Below are positions 1-13,545 of a stretch of DNA of 64,000 nt, one piece after another; position 1 is the first letter of the stretch, and each line of letters starts with the position of its first letter. Source of the DNA: Mustelus asterias (taxonomy: Eukaryota); NCBI RefSeq assembly GCF_964213995.1, contig NW_027590369.1, positions 186,001 through 250,000 on the forward strand, in the 5' to 3' direction. The translations under genes and the position numbers were made by a program. The notes under the pieces were generated by a model. The model was given only the letters and a program-made list of their open reading frames with translations, searched no databases and was not told the origin of the DNA.

Positions 1-756
1 ACTCGTTAGTCACACATTTTAACTCAACCAATGGCTCTTTCAATTGACCCCTTCTCAACCTCTCCACACCTGTCACATAACTTCCATGTTAATACGATTA
101 AAGGTGGCATTTAGCTTCTATTTTACAATTACATTTTACCTACCCTGCAATTATTCTCTTCACTGCTCTTTGTTTAACATTTAGCATCGTGTTGCGTTGT
201 GTGAACTAACTGACACATGACCCGTGAACTCTTTCTTTGATATTTACTGTTCGCTATCTCGTTTCACAACAAGGGAACGCCTGCTGCTGCGAGCGCCACC
301 TATTCCTTCCTCCTCGTCTGTGGCCGAATAAGATCGAGATGCCTCAATGGAGATGCTTATTAGAAAGGACAGTTGGAAATGGAAGAATGCTCTTTCTTCG
401 ACCAACTTAGATATTCAATCGGTCATGCCAGATCACCCTGTAATTTGATCATTTTTCACAAAAAAAACGCGATCATAGAACGCTGAATATTGATGCATAA
501 ACGAAGCTTACACTTCAGACCATTAAGATTGAGTTTCATCAAACAACGTGAAAAGGAACATTCGTGTCATTTGAGAAATACGGGAAAGTGAACGTTAAAC
601 CTGCATTTGGATTCGGAACCAGAGCAAATCAGATTCGATACAAGGCAAAATTGTCAATTATATACCATTAATAATAGTTTGAGAAAGATATACGTAGTGT
701 AGATAGATAGACAAACAGGCGGACAGACAGACAGTTTGACGGAAGGACAGACGGGC

Positions 757-1208
757 NNNNNNNNNNNNNNNNNNNNNNNNNNNNNNNNNNNNNNNNNNNN
801 NNNNNNNNNNNNNNNNNNNNNNNNNNNNNNNNNNNNNNNNNNNNNNNNNNNNNNNNNNNNNNNNNNNNNNNNNNNNNNNNNNNNNNNNNNNNNNNNNNNN
901 NNNNNNNNNNNNNNNNNNNNNNNNNNNNNNNNNNNNNNNNNNNNNNNNNNNNNNNNNNNNNNNNNNNNNNNNNNNNNNNNNNNNNNNNNNNNNNNNNNNN
1001 NNNNNNNNNNNNNNNNNNNNNNNNNNNNNNNNNNNNNNNNNNNNNNNNNNNNNNNNNNNNNNNNNNNNNNNNNNNNNNNNNNNNNNNNNNNNNNNNNNNN
1101 NNNNNNNNNNNNNNNNNNNNNNNNNNNNNNNNNNNNNNNNNNNNNNNNNNNNNNNNNNNNNNNNNNNNNNNNNNNNNNNNNNNNNNNNNNNNNNNNNNNN
1201 NNNNNNNN
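757..1208. other. Assembly gap (452 N) flanked by GACA/GATA-type microsatellite
   Basis: Run of n characters; agatagatagacaaacaggcggacagacagacag before it and agacaggcagacggac after it. Confidence 0.99.
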
Positions 1209-1339
1209 AGACAGGCAGACGGACATGCAGTTAGGTAGACTGTCACATAAAATATTCAAGAAATATGCATATGGTATTTATAACTACATTTTAACGTCCA
1301 AAGAAAGAACATTATCAATACAGATAAATTTATTTTATT

Positions 1340-2000
1340 TGACACAGCGGCAGAGAAAAAATTGTAAGTGACAAATTGTGTTCTCAATGAGCACGGCATA
1401 GAGCCAAATGTTAAATGTAGCAGTGGATGTAGGAAGGGGGAGCGCTTTGGAGGGCATAGCGCCAAGGCAGCTGATCGTGCGTCTGCAAATGGTGGAGCAA
1501 TTAAAATCCCGGATGCACATGAGGTCACTGTTGCAGCACAATAAATGTCTTAACTGCACTATTATTGTTGGTTGTTCCACAGATGAACAGGAGCCATGCC
1601 TGTGGGATTGGGGAGCAATAATGGGGATGTTAAAATGCCTGTCATGCAGGGTATGTGTGTCACCATGAAAAACAGTGATGAGTGAACGGAATGTGGAGCA
1701 ACTGACAATACTGTTTTTGGAAGAACACAAACTGTTCTTCAGGAGGATTCAGTTCAGTCAGCAGAGCATAGGGATGTCCTCACTGGTAACAGAAATATGG
1801 ACGGACCTTTTGGCAGATGTCGGTTGCTGCTGGGTTGCGAAAGTCTGTTCCTGCCAAGGATGTTGTTCGAGGGTTTTGCATAATGGAATTGGTATTAGTG
1901 GCTCAGCAAAGGGTAAAGTACAATTCTGATGTTGTGGGGCATTAGTTTCATCCTCAATCTATGCCTATGGACATCGATGTCGCCTCTGGCTAAGGATTCA
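1340..2000 (-). mobile_element. Degraded LINE (probably L2-type) 3' region
   Basis: Minus strand has ttttaattgctccaccatt...tcagctgccttgg...ccctcc, resembling the L2-type 3' end I recall from shark genomes; a similar piece lies at about 57480-57650 (+). No intact RT motifs; boundaries approximate. Confidence 0.35.
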
Positions 2001-2350
2001 AGCGGATCCAAATATTAACTTTCAGTTTTGTGATCCTTCCCCATACTTAATCAATAGCAGGAGTCGCCCGATTATGCATCACAGAACTTGGAACATGTTG
2101 TGATGATTCGTGTACTTTCAGCAGCCTTGGGCAATCGGAGCTAATGGAAGGCAGAAACTTTCAGTTGTGCACAAGAGATAATTTGGCAAGTCTGAATGTA
2201 CATTAATTAAATATGATTTAAACATATCACACAAAGTAAAACCATTTAGCTGAATGCATGTAACAGCTTGATGTTCATGATGTATTTAACAACTGTTGTA
2301 ATGGAGCAAAACACGATTGAAAATGTTATTAATTGAACGAGGAAACTCAC

Positions 2351-2447
2351 CAGGTACAGCAACAGCAGCGAGAACTGGATAGTAGATTTTTTGTATATTC
2401 CGAATAGAAAAAAGTATTCTTGCCACTGATTGATGATCTCTTTCCAT
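2351..2447 (-). CDS. Exon 1 of a GPR139/GPR142-like orphan class A GPCR (locus 1); exon 2 not in readable window
   Basis: Translates MERDHQSVARILFSIRNIQKIYYPVLAAVAVP, then G|gtgagt (phase-1 donor at 2350); 97 nt = 32 codons + 1; in-frame upstream stop; same YYxxxxxxxxP-G|gt layout as exons at 15760 and 41853. Confidence 0.85.
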
Positions 2448-2546
2448 TATTGTAGTCTCTTTCGCAATCTCTGTTCATCGGGTTAGTCCAGTTCATGTAT
2501 GAACGTTCTCGTTGACTCTATGGAACATCACAGTGAGCTGATTCCT

Positions 2547-2556
2547 TTAATATACG
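2547..2556 (-). promoter_or_regulatory. Candidate TATA box for GPCR locus 1
   Basis: gtatattaaa on minus strand about 100 nt upstream of the ATG at 2447. Confidence 0.35.
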
Positions 2557-4104
2557 TTGTGAGATGTCTCTGCAGACACATCTTGACTCCATGGATACAC
2601 TGATTAATTACAGCCACTGAGCAAACAGGCGGTGTTAACTCATTCTTCAAAAATGACTGCTGAATTAGAGATCAAAATTGCACGCAAATTAAATAGGCAT
2701 GAATAAAGTTAACAGATCTCTGAATATTATCGACAAATATCTCAGCAAGCATAAATAAAATGTTAAGAGTGGTGTGACGTACAGACCATATATTTTCGTA
2801 CAATTTCACGAAGACACGGTTCTTCACGCCAGAGTCAGAAAATACATTTTTATGTCCTAAAAATCAAAATAAATGAAAAGTTTGGGACAGTTCGTACTGA
2901 GAGCGACACCTGAGTAAGATTCATCGTTCTGTTCTGCACACGCAGAAACGTCACACTGCACTAATAGAATGAATGTCAATATATTATTCGCATGACAAGT
3001 GAAAGAGTGGTACAGATGTCACTGACATTGCAGCCCTGGATTCACATGTTCGTTCTTCACATGTATGTCCTCGCATTAACTGCATGGAAGAATCATGGAG
3101 TGTTTATATAATAATGGGTCGTGTCACCGAATGGAAATGTTGTTACAGAGACTCAAAGTTGGTGGTTGGTTCAAAGCATTGGAACAAAGCTGGAACAAAG
3201 CATTCATGGATGGAGACACATAGAGAATCTTTGCTTTCAGAAACAACACACAAGCCATAAATGTCATCTTTTCCATTAACCAGGGCACGGGTTAGGGGCA
3301 AGCTACTGCCTGGTAATTGGATGTTGCCATTTAGATGCATAGAAGGGAAATTATTTTCCGGGATGATATATTTAAAGGAGTTACTTTCAGTATGAATGAA
3401 AAATAAATTACCTGTGCAGAACACCGCAAACATGCAGTCATTGAGCAGGGAGTAAATAGTCCCCATAAAGGGAAGGTACGTTTGGTGGCAACGTTACTAA
3501 AACCAGGAACTGTTGTTTGTTGCTTGCTGGTTTTGTGGTTCTTTGCAGATAGTTATTCAAGGATCAGTCAGATGACTGCGTCTCTGAGCACTTCCCGGCA
3601 GCACAATGCTGATGAAGTGATTCTCGTGAAAACACGGACTACAAATTTCTTCAAGCATTCGGAACTAAATATAATGAAACGTTCCAAGCGAGATCCAGCC
3701 AGGAGAAGACACAATCCATCCCTGGCCTTCACAGTGGCAGCTGCAATATCTAAGTGACACGATTGCCTTTCAGAAATGCAAATACTTCAGTGAATATGCA
3801 TCAGAGAAGAATGCACATTTAACATTATTCACTGGTTCAAACAACTGACGAGTCAAATGTTGGAGTCGGGGTCAGTTTCTTATTCAAACCCACATTCTGA
3901 CTGGAGAGCCTAATTAATATTCCCACAAGGGAAAGTTGCAAATTTACTTCATTTCTGGCAGGCAAAATACAATATTTTTCCATGCAGTGATAGAGAAGGA
4001 GAATCGCTGAGTAGAAAAAAAGGACATTTTTCAAAGCGATGTTCTCAGAACTCAAAGTTCCATCCTTTGTTCGAGTAAAAAGATGCAAACAAATATTTAA
4101 ACGG

Positions 4105-4760
4105 CGGATGCAGTGGCATACCAGTGTTGCCACTAGAATAGCCATCCAGAGACCCAGGCTATCTTGAAAGAAATCTTAGAAACCCTACAGCACAGAAAGA
4201 GGCCATTCGGCCCATCGAGTCTGCACCGACCACAATCCCACCCAGACCCTACCCCCATATCCCTACATATTTTACCCACTAATCCCTCTAACCTACGAAT
4301 CCCAGGACACTGAGGGCAATTTTAGCATGGCCAATCAACCTAACCCGCACATCTTTGGACTGTGGGAGGAAACCGGAGAAACCGGAGCAAACTCACGCAG
4401 ACGCCAGGAGAATGTGCAAACTCCACGCAGACAGTAATCCAAGCCGCGAATCGAACCAAGGTCCCCGGAGCTGAGGAGCAGCAGTGCTACCCACTGTGCT
4501 ACCGTGCCGCCCTGGGAGGCTCTGGGACAGTAATGCTCTGGGAACCGTTCTTCCAATCCCACCATGGTAAATGATGACATTTGAATTAAATAATAATCTG
4601 GAATTAAAAATCAAATTAGGACCATGAAAGCAATGTGTTTCAACAGTACCCTTTCGGTAAGTAAGGAAACATGCTGTCCTTACCAAGTCTACAGCAATGT
4701 TGTTGACCTTTAAATGTTGCCATGGACGCCAACATTCCATGAAGGAATAAAGTAGAATAA
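4105..4760 (+). mobile_element. tRNA-derived SINE (second family) split by an HE1-type SINE insertion
   Basis: cagtggc...ccagagacccagg / taatgctctgggaaccgttcttccaatcccaccatgg...gaccatgaaa...ggaataaa; matches the uninterrupted copy at 59505-59845. Confidence 0.6.
4177..4512 (-). mobile_element. HE1-type tRNA-derived SINE
   Basis: Minus strand GGGCGGCACGGTAGCACAGTGG (A box)...GGTTCGATTC (B box), TGTGCGGGTTAGGTTGATTGGCCATGCTAAATTGCCC core, CR1-like tail. Confidence 0.9.
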
Positions 4761-7184
4761 TGAAGAAAAAAGTAGCATCTGGCGAATTTAGTAAATCTAG
4801 TTTGTATCTGCCTATATGAATGGTTTCAGTAATCAAGAAAAATACACGCCCACAACTCTGAATTAGTGCAGCATTTGTGCCATGGGGAAGTCTTCAGATC
4901 GTCGTTTGTCCAAATTTTCCTTACAAACTACTTATCTATTTACAATGTGTGTTTTCTGAAAAGTTGCATATAACACACACCGTTCCGTGTTTCCAATTGT
5001 TTGCTACATCACCAGTGAACAAAGGCAAAAGAAAGAAATCCGGCACGGGGGTGATTCAAAGTTGCTTCAATTTACCTCCGAACTCGTTTTTCCACATGTT
5101 GGGACTTGTACCACTAGAATGACCTTTATTAAATAGTTCTCACCCTTTTTGGTGCCTGGAATGGACTGATTCTGGTATAGATCAAATTGTGGAACAACAG
5201 CAATCTCTGAGTGCTTTGTTGTGCAGTTGTTTTTATCTCATTGTGTGTCTCAATATGTGTCCAAATTAATCATGCCCCAGTAAAGTTAAAAATGGCAAAG
5301 GTTACGCCAACACGAACAATGGGCAAAAGAGACCCATCACCTGCAGCAAGTGTTATGCCTGTTGATTTTACTAATTGTTGTAATTATACATTGGTTTATC
5401 ACGTTGAAAACGTGTTAAAATAATACCACTGAAAAAAATAAAAATATTTTACTGGCCTCGTAATTAAAATTAAAGTAAACATTCAGAACAAAGGAACATT
5501 GAAGCTGAAGCAAGGAATTCGGCAGTCGAGATTTAGATCCCACTCAGGGAGGTCGTGGCAGATCATGCAGTACATCTTCGACGTTTCCCCACTCATTCCA
5601 TATTCAGAGATGTCCATTTGATTTAGATTTCTAACCTTTTTATGATTTGAATAGGACGTTTGAATGACGCACCACTATCTCAGCGAAAAAGAAACATTGT
5701 CTGTACCACATTCTTAAATGGCCTGACCCTTATTCTGAGACTCTGACAGATTATTTTGGACTCATGAACAAGGGGACGCTCTGTATGCATCCAGCATACA
5801 TAGCAAAAATGTACTAAGTTTCAATAGGATCACTTCACATTGTTTAGGAATCGAAAGAGTGTTGTCCGATTTTCCTGGACCAGAGCACGAAACGGTTACA
5901 GAAGATTTCGTATTCGTGACGGGTCTACAGGTGTAAGATCCGTTTTTCACAGAAGCTGTACCCCCCGCTCCCACCTCCCCTCCCCCCCCCCAACCCCCAC
6001 CACCATGTTTACTTGTAAGACCCATGATTGGTTCAATGTAGCTTGCTTTTCCAGTTAATACTGTGGACATGACACCCATGTAATGAACTGCATTCTTCAT
6101 CAGGAATAATAGCACCCAGCGAACATGAAATATGAATCACGAAACCACACACAAAACGCACCTTTGTTACACGGGGTTTCCGAAATAAATTGTAAAATAA
6201 ATGTTCAGCGGGTTTGTGGGTTTAAGATTAATTTTCGTTCCGTGTAAGTACTACAAATTATTATTTTGAATCTGGTGGATACAATTATCCTTTGATGGTG
6301 AGGAGTGTTTCAGAAAAAAATCATTATTTCTTTGAAATTAAGAATGTCATCAAGCTTATTACTATCTGTAATGAGAACCTGAAAGACTGGGGAAAGAACA
6401 GCATCTGCGGCAACATCTGTGAGAAGAGATACATGGTTAAAAGTTTCGAGATAATTTTCCTCTTCTTTAAAGCTGAGGAGAGGGGGGACTGCGATCGGTT
6501 GCATGCAGTTGAACAATGTTGCGTTTTCTGGAGGTCCACGCTGATATGTTGCATACTCTTGAAATGTGATGTGCTGTATGCAACTGAAATGTGATGTGTT
6601 GAATGCAGGTGGATTGTGATGGGTTGTATGCGTTTAAATTTTGATATTAGATCAAAAAAGGTTGAGTACTTGATTCGACTGCACCCCACGTTCACCTGAG
6701 CTGAACTTTCAGATCTGAATCTCGCAATGAAAATATTTGCCTCGCGAGATCACTTGAAATGTTCACTGGGTGAATATTTTCACTGTACTCCATTGATGCT
6801 GCCCGGATACAGCGTAAAGTAAAACACAGAAACAACAATATGCCTGTTGTGACAACGACAGTACTCATCAATAAGTCTAAGCGTGCGGTTTGTGGAGCAC
6901 CAGATGCCGTATCGAGTGAGTGGAGACTCGCCCAATGAGGAACAGCCAGCCGGGGATTTTTAGCCTGTAGCTGTGCCCAGATCGGATTTGTAGGTCACGA
7001 GTTGAGGATTACATGGCTGTAAACTGTGGGAGCGGTCTTTTCCTTTGGGGCACAATAAAAGGTGTTGGGGACGGCATTTGGCTGAAGTATTACATTGGTG
7101 TCGAGGAGAAAACAATGCATTTTCCTCCAGCATTCCTTGCAGACAAACTCTAAACATCAAGAATTTATCTGGTCAGAAAAAATA

Positions 7185-10100
7185 ATTATGCATCTTTTCG
7201 GGAAACTTGAACCCTATCACACCATTGGGGGAAGACTGGGTCCAATACACTGCATGCATTATTTCGTCCGTGCTAACAACATTGAAGGAGACAAGAAAAA
7301 AAAACTTGACATTGCTAACAGCATGCCGGGCCCCGACTTTCAGTTTAGTAATACGCCGAATCTCTCCTGATGCCCCAAATCAAAAAAAATAATGAACTCG
7401 TCGGCCTGATGAAAATCCACGACAACCTGAACTCCCCTTCAATATTCCAGAGATATTGCTTCAATATTGCTTGGGGATCCCCTGTGGAATCTGCCACTGA
7501 GTTCTTGGCCAGGTGGCAGAAACTTGTTGAACACTGCGGAATTGGATCATCTCTGAATGAAATGTTGTGGGACAGATTTGCATTTGACATAAAAGACCTA
7601 ACCACTCAAAGGTCGCTCTTGGCAGAATCCAATGTGGACTTTATAAAGTCCATTGAGGTAGCCTTGTCAATTGAACATGCCACACAAGGGGATCAGTAGT
7701 TACAAGGGGCATCAGCCAGCTATATCTTTGAGCCGGGGGTAGGCATCACATGCAAACAGTACTCAATGCAGAGCACTTGTGTCAATCAGGGATGAAAAAT
7801 ACCCATTCATTATCGGAATCTAAAGGCATCACTAGGTCGTCAATGCCAGCACGAAGAGTATTAAAGAACATGCTCCAAAGCGTTGCACTTGATAGCTGAA
7901 TCACTGCTGCAAGCGTTGTCGAAGTGCAAAACCACGGTGATGTTTCAGAAATGGGAAATAAAAATGTGCTGCCTAAGAAGAAAGCCAAAGCTATTCTCTG
8001 TATTTAACTTACAGGTATCCCCTTTTACAGAGACAGGGACACTACAACTAAATCGTATTATAACAACTGGGAATGGTTGAGTTACGTAAATGGTCATCTC
8101 TTGAAGATGAAGGTGGATACTGGCGTCGCAGTCTCCATTATCAGAGAACAGACCTGTAAGCACTTCCATTCGGGGATCCAATGCCTGAGTTTGGAAGTTT
8201 TGAAGGACCAGCTAAACACCTACACGCGGGAAGATTTACAAATAAAAGGCACCACAGTGGCCGCAGTGACATCTAGACAGCAATCAGATCGGCTGCCATT
8301 CATTGGTGTCCGGGGGAATGGACAAAGCCTGCCTGAGGTACAATTGGGTCCTGCAGATTACAGTTGTCTAACCTGCTGAAGATCTGCAGGCGAGGCATGT
8401 GGGGACTGTACGATGATATCAGGAGATACCCTGGAGCTTTTCAGGAGGGCCTGGGGAAAATAGAAAGAGTCAGGGCCAAGATCTACGTTGACACTAATTC
8501 TCCACCTGGGGTATTTCAGATCTAAACCAATCCCAAAATCCAGGCGAGAGAACGTGGAAACTGAACGAACGCGCCTTGAAGTCTTGGGTACAATAAGACC
8601 TGTGCAAATTACAGAATGGGCTTTGCCCATCCTACTGCTCTTCAGTTCGTCTTAATTAAATAACTGTCAATCGGGTATCCAAACTCGTTCTTGTACTCCA
8701 TGCCCAAGATTGAAGAATTGTACGCCACGTTAACGGGTGGCAAGCTGTCCTGCAATTTGGACATGAACCACGCCTATCCTCAACTTGAATTGGACGAGTT
8801 ACCCTGAAATATCTGTGACTTTCAACACACAAAAAGGACTGAACGAATATACCCGTTTACCCTTCGGGATCTCAACAGTATGTGCGTGGGTCCCATCAGC
8901 GTGTGTCATCTTCCGAAGGATACTAGTGAACACCCTTCATGGGCGAGACAAAGCAGCAGTTTCCTTAGATGATTTTTAGGTCACGGGGGAATTAGAAGAG
9001 GAACAACTGCCGAACCTAGAAGAAGTATTGCAGGATATCCAGAGCGGGAGTACGCTCGATGGGGAAGAAATGCGTTTTCCAAACAGCTGAAGTAACCTAT
9101 TTAGGCAGCCAAGTAGATGGAAGGTGGTTACATCCAGTGGAGGATAAATTAAAAGCCATCAAGGAAACATCAACCCAACTAACAGCACGGAATTCAATAC
9201 TTTTTGGAGTAAGTAAATTATTACAGAAAATGTATCCTGAATTTGGCTTCGATGCTGCCAACTTGCATACCTTATTCCGAATATATCACAGATGGTCCTT
9301 GGAATCTCCGCAGGCAGTGGCTTCATCTATAGTTAAACGCCAGTTACTGTCATTAACATACGGGCCCTTTTTGACCCGAAAAGTTTGATTCTAATTTATC
9401 TTGTCACCTCTCCCCATACAGAGTTGGTGCAGGGATGTCAATTGCTGAAAAGACAGATGGAGTCGCCCATCGTGTGTGGCTCCTGGACCTGTTGGATGCA
9501 GAATGATGATATCCTCAAATTGGGAAGGAAAAGCTGGTGGTCGTTTTTGGTACGAACAAGTGCCACCAATGCGTCTTAGGTGAATATTTTATAGTCATCG
9601 AACATAACGCCTTACTGGACCTCTTCTAATTGTACCGCACCGCACCGTACACAACAACATGTGTGGCTCCAACGTCGCTATTAATGGAATGTCGGTTCGT
9701 GAAAGTATGGACTTCCAATTCACAAACGTGGTGGATAGAATATTGTCCCAGAAGGAGAATTGAAAAAGAAACTTTGATTCGAAAAGGTCCAAAATAACTT
9801 ACGCAACGGTTGACCTGATTCATTTAAGGAACTTTCAGCAGGGCCCCGCATGTATCCCTGCAATCGTTTGGGTGAAAAAACGATCAGTATCCTAAAAGGC
9901 CAAAGTTCAGAATACCAACCGGAAGAAGCACAGAGGCCACCTCATGGTCAGGTTCTCCATGCGCGAGGCATCCCACCACTGGCCATGGAGATAGGCCTTG
10001 CCAATGACTGTCCACAGCTTAAAGGTTACTCCGAGTTCCCACTCTGGATAGTAATGGCATGGACTCTGAAATGAGCGCTGAAGAAGTGGGCCTCCAGGCT

Positions 10101-10300
10101 GAAGTGGAACCTGAGCAGGATGTTACCGAGACCTCAAGGACCCCAGCAGATCATCAGTATATATTTCTGTGCGCTTCCTAGAGTCGGAGCTTCCTTATTG
10201 AGAGAACTGAGGCTCGCAAAGTGGGGTGCATCCAGCGGGTTTTTGAAACATGTACCTTTACCAGGAGCAGGCTTGTAGATGCCGAGGTGAGAGCTGTCTG
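7185..10300 (+). mobile_element. Degenerate Ty3/Gypsy (Mag/K02A2.6-like) gag-pol remnant
   Basis: Gag LFGKLEPY...EDWVQY...LNEMLWDRF...QRSLLAE; aspartic protease VNGHLLKMKVDTGVAVSII (8077-8379); RT FNTQKGLNEYTRLPFGIS...SLDDF (8785-8979); RNase H remnant; many stops and frameshifts; right boundary approximate. Confidence 0.85.
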
Positions 10301-10399
10301 ACTATAAGCTGCAGGAGGAACAATTAACTTTGATACACAAAAAAAATGTTGGTGACGCTGAACTCGCGTTTGGCTGAATTACGACAGTAGCATTCCAAT

Positions 10400-13300
10400 A
10401 TGTCGTTTTAAGTCTCTTTATGGCCTTGTTCCACCTAGCACTTCACTTCATTATGCTTGCCTTCCCTATTACTGCATGCGAGCTTTTTATAATTTATGTA
10501 CCAATATTCTGAATCTCTCCCTGCTGCAGGTATCTGCAGTCTTTCCTCGTTTGATTAATATTCAGTTACTATAATCTTTCTAACAAAGTGTATAACATTA
10601 CATTTTCCTACATTTCAGTACAACCTCCTGGGTTTTAACGATTCACTTACCCTGTCTATATGCCTTTGTAAACTCTTTGCGCAACCCTCACTACAAGGTA
10701 TCCTCACCACTTGAATAGATATATAATTGGGAAGTGCTAATGATCAGATAGGGGTTACAGTGTGTATGTAAGCCTATTTATAACTAACAAATCAATGTTA
10801 ACTTTTTTTTCTTTTTTTGAAGAGCTTGAGAAAGGGTATTACAGAGATTTGTACCTGGGATGGATGCTAGTTGATGGAGAAATGGCAGTGATGGTGTGGG
10901 GGTGGCCATGGAGCTAGTTGCAGAAGTGGGGAAATGAGACAATGAAGCTATTGAATCGTCTATTACATAAATAAAAATGTATCAGAATCGCAGATTTGAT
11001 ACTGGGAAGGAAAGACAATAAAGATGTGATGGTCTGAGGAGGTGTGAGAACACACTCTACACACTCTTATGTGATATTTCATCGAAAGCCTTCTGAAAGT
11101 CCAAATAAACAAAAACCACTGGCTTCTCTCATCATCTCCACGTTTTCGAACTCTATCTCTACTCAAACTGATCTCCTTCAATTGCTCCCTTTCACTAAAC
11201 CGTGTGCTCCCAAACGTTTCTGATACTCTATTTGTGCCCTCCTTTGTGAAGACAGAACAAACGTATGGATTCAGGTTGTCGTCTATTTCTTTGTTTCTCA
11301 TTATAAATTCCCCTGATTCTATCTGTAAGGGACCTACAATTGTCTTCCCCGAAATTTTTCTGCTCATAAACTTGTATAAATATATACAGTTTGATAAAAC
11401 GTTACCTGACAAGCTCACACTCGTACTCTATTTCACAGTTCTTAACCAGTCCTTTCGTCGGTATTTGTTGAATTGTATCTGTTCACAATACAAAGAACAA
11501 AGAACAAAGAACAATACAGCACAGGAACAGGCCCTTCGGCCCTCCAAGCCCGCGCCGCTCCCCGGTCCAGGATTGAATCCTGAATCCAGGATTCCCGCCC
11601 AATTTTCCAGCCTATCTACATACCAATATCCTATCCACCGAGCTGTCCCCCACAGCTACGATGCTTTGTTCATTACAACCTATTAACTCAACCCCACCCC
11701 CCCCCCATTCCAGACCATGTGATCTCCAGGGAGAGGGCTGCCCTGCAGGGTCTGCTGTTTTTCTTACCAATATGTCTGCCTCTCCCAGTTTCCCTTGGAA
11801 GCCATCGTTTGGCCGCCTCTCCAGTTTTATTTTTCGCCAGAGAGTAATTCGCAATTGTTGCAGTTTACAAGTGTTCTCCTTGAATGTTTGTCATTGCCTA
11901 TCACCGTCACCGGTATAAGTCAGGCTTCCTAATCTATCATTGCCAACTCGTGCCTTTAATCATTGCAGTTCATTTTTAAAGCGTATGATTTAGGAGCATA
12001 TTCTCAGCATCAACTAGGTCACTCTTGATCTTATTGAAAATATCTGTCATGTTGTGGTCGCTTATCACCAACTGTTCTCTCACAACTAGGTTACCAACTG
12101 TTCCTTTATAATTCTACAATGCACAGTCTTGGATGGTCTGTTCTTTAGTTGGCTCCTCAACATATTGGTCCAGAAAGCATCCCGTATATACTCCATTTAT
12201 GCCTCTTGTACGGTATTGTGACAAATTTGATTAGCCCAATCTATATGCAGATTAACATGACTCATAATAACAAATGTTCCGTTTGTGGATATATCTGTCA
12301 TTGCCCGTTTAATGTCAGTCCCAACATCACCACAACATTTTGGGGGCTAATATACAATACTTCCTAAGCTTTTTCGCCCACTTATTTTTTCTTAGCTCTA
12401 TCCATATATCTTTCCCATTAACGGAATTAATATCCTTCCTCAGCGTGGTGTTTATTTCCACTTTAATTAGCAAAGCAAATCCAACGCCTTCACCTTTTTA
12501 CGTTCCAAAATACTGAATACCCCTCGATGTTCAGTTCCCATCACCCTGTAAGCATCTCTCGGAAATCCCGAATACAGCCTACCAGTATACATCTATTTGT
12601 GCAATACTTAATCACGGTATTGTGAATGCTCCGACATTAAGACACAGCACATTTAGGCTCGTCTTTTTCACATTACTGTTGTTGTTTGCACTATTTCTCA
12701 TTGAAGAACTGCTTGAATTTGCCCTTACTTTCTCTGCATATGCGATTCTCGCTCCTCTTCTGTCTTTTTTGTGATTGATTTCCCCTCATCTGACTCCATG
12801 CATAGTTCGCATTCCCATAAATTTTAGACTAAATTTTCCCCAACCCCTCTAGCCAATACTCCCCCTTGGATATCGTTCCTGACCCTGCCCAGGTATAATC
12901 TGTCCTGTTCGTAAAGGTCCCACCTCCACCAGAACTGCTGCAATTTCCACAGCAATCTGAAACACTCTCCCTCTCACTATCGCTGCAGCCATGTATTCAT
13001 CCTATATATCCTGTCATTTCTACTCTGACAAGCACGTGGAACTGGTATTAATCCTGAGATCACAGGCTTTGAAGTCCGGAATTTTAAAACTTACTTCGTA
13101 ACTCCATATAATTTGCATTTAGTACCTCATCCTATTTTATCCTATCTAATTGGTACTAATGTGTACCAGGAACACTGATTGTTCACCTTCCCACTCTACA
13201 ACGTGCTGGAACCGCCCCAAGGCATCCTTAGCCCTAGCACAAGGGAGGCAAAATATCATCCTGAAGTCTTGGTTGCGGCCACAAAAACGCCTGTCTTTTC

Positions 13301-13545
13301 CCCTTACAATTGAATCCCCCATAACGATTGCATTCTCACACTTTTATTCTCCTCCCCTTTTCAGCAGAACCAACCGTGGTGCAACGAATTTGATGTTGCT
13401 GCTTTCCCCTGAAAGGTCGTTCCCTTCAACGGTATCCAACACGGTATCGTTGTTTTTCAGGAGAATGGCCACAGGACAATCCTGCACTGCCTCAGACTCT
13501 TCCTCTGCCTGCTGGTCACCAATTCCCTCACTGCCTTGGGAGTCT
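10400..13545 (-). mobile_element. Old, internally deleted CR1 LINE (ORF1 esterase and ORF2 remnants)
   Basis: Minus strand AIVMGDSIVRGKDRRFCG esterase motif near 13280-13340; ORF2-like IVGPL...NPYVCSVFTKE in ORF 10963-11418; heavily decayed. Confidence 0.75.
11489..11735 (-). mobile_element. Young 5'-truncated CR1 3' end inserted into the older CR1
   Basis: (caaagaa)n tail followed by tacagcacaggaacaggcccttcggccctccaagcc, the same tail as the elements at 20263 and 52032. Confidence 0.8.

Noticed and set aside
654-1371. Three ORFs of about 200 aa
   Set aside because: Artefacts of translating through the N gap.
1335-1730. Cys-rich ORF with CCNSDLMC resembling a Ly6/uPAR C-terminus
   Set aside because: No signal peptide or correct Cys spacing; it overlaps a probable LINE remnant.
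4400-4512. tRNA gene-like A and B boxes (also at 30800, 34281, 43520, 59505)
   Set aside because: These are SINE heads continuous with SINE bodies and do not form a full cloverleaf.
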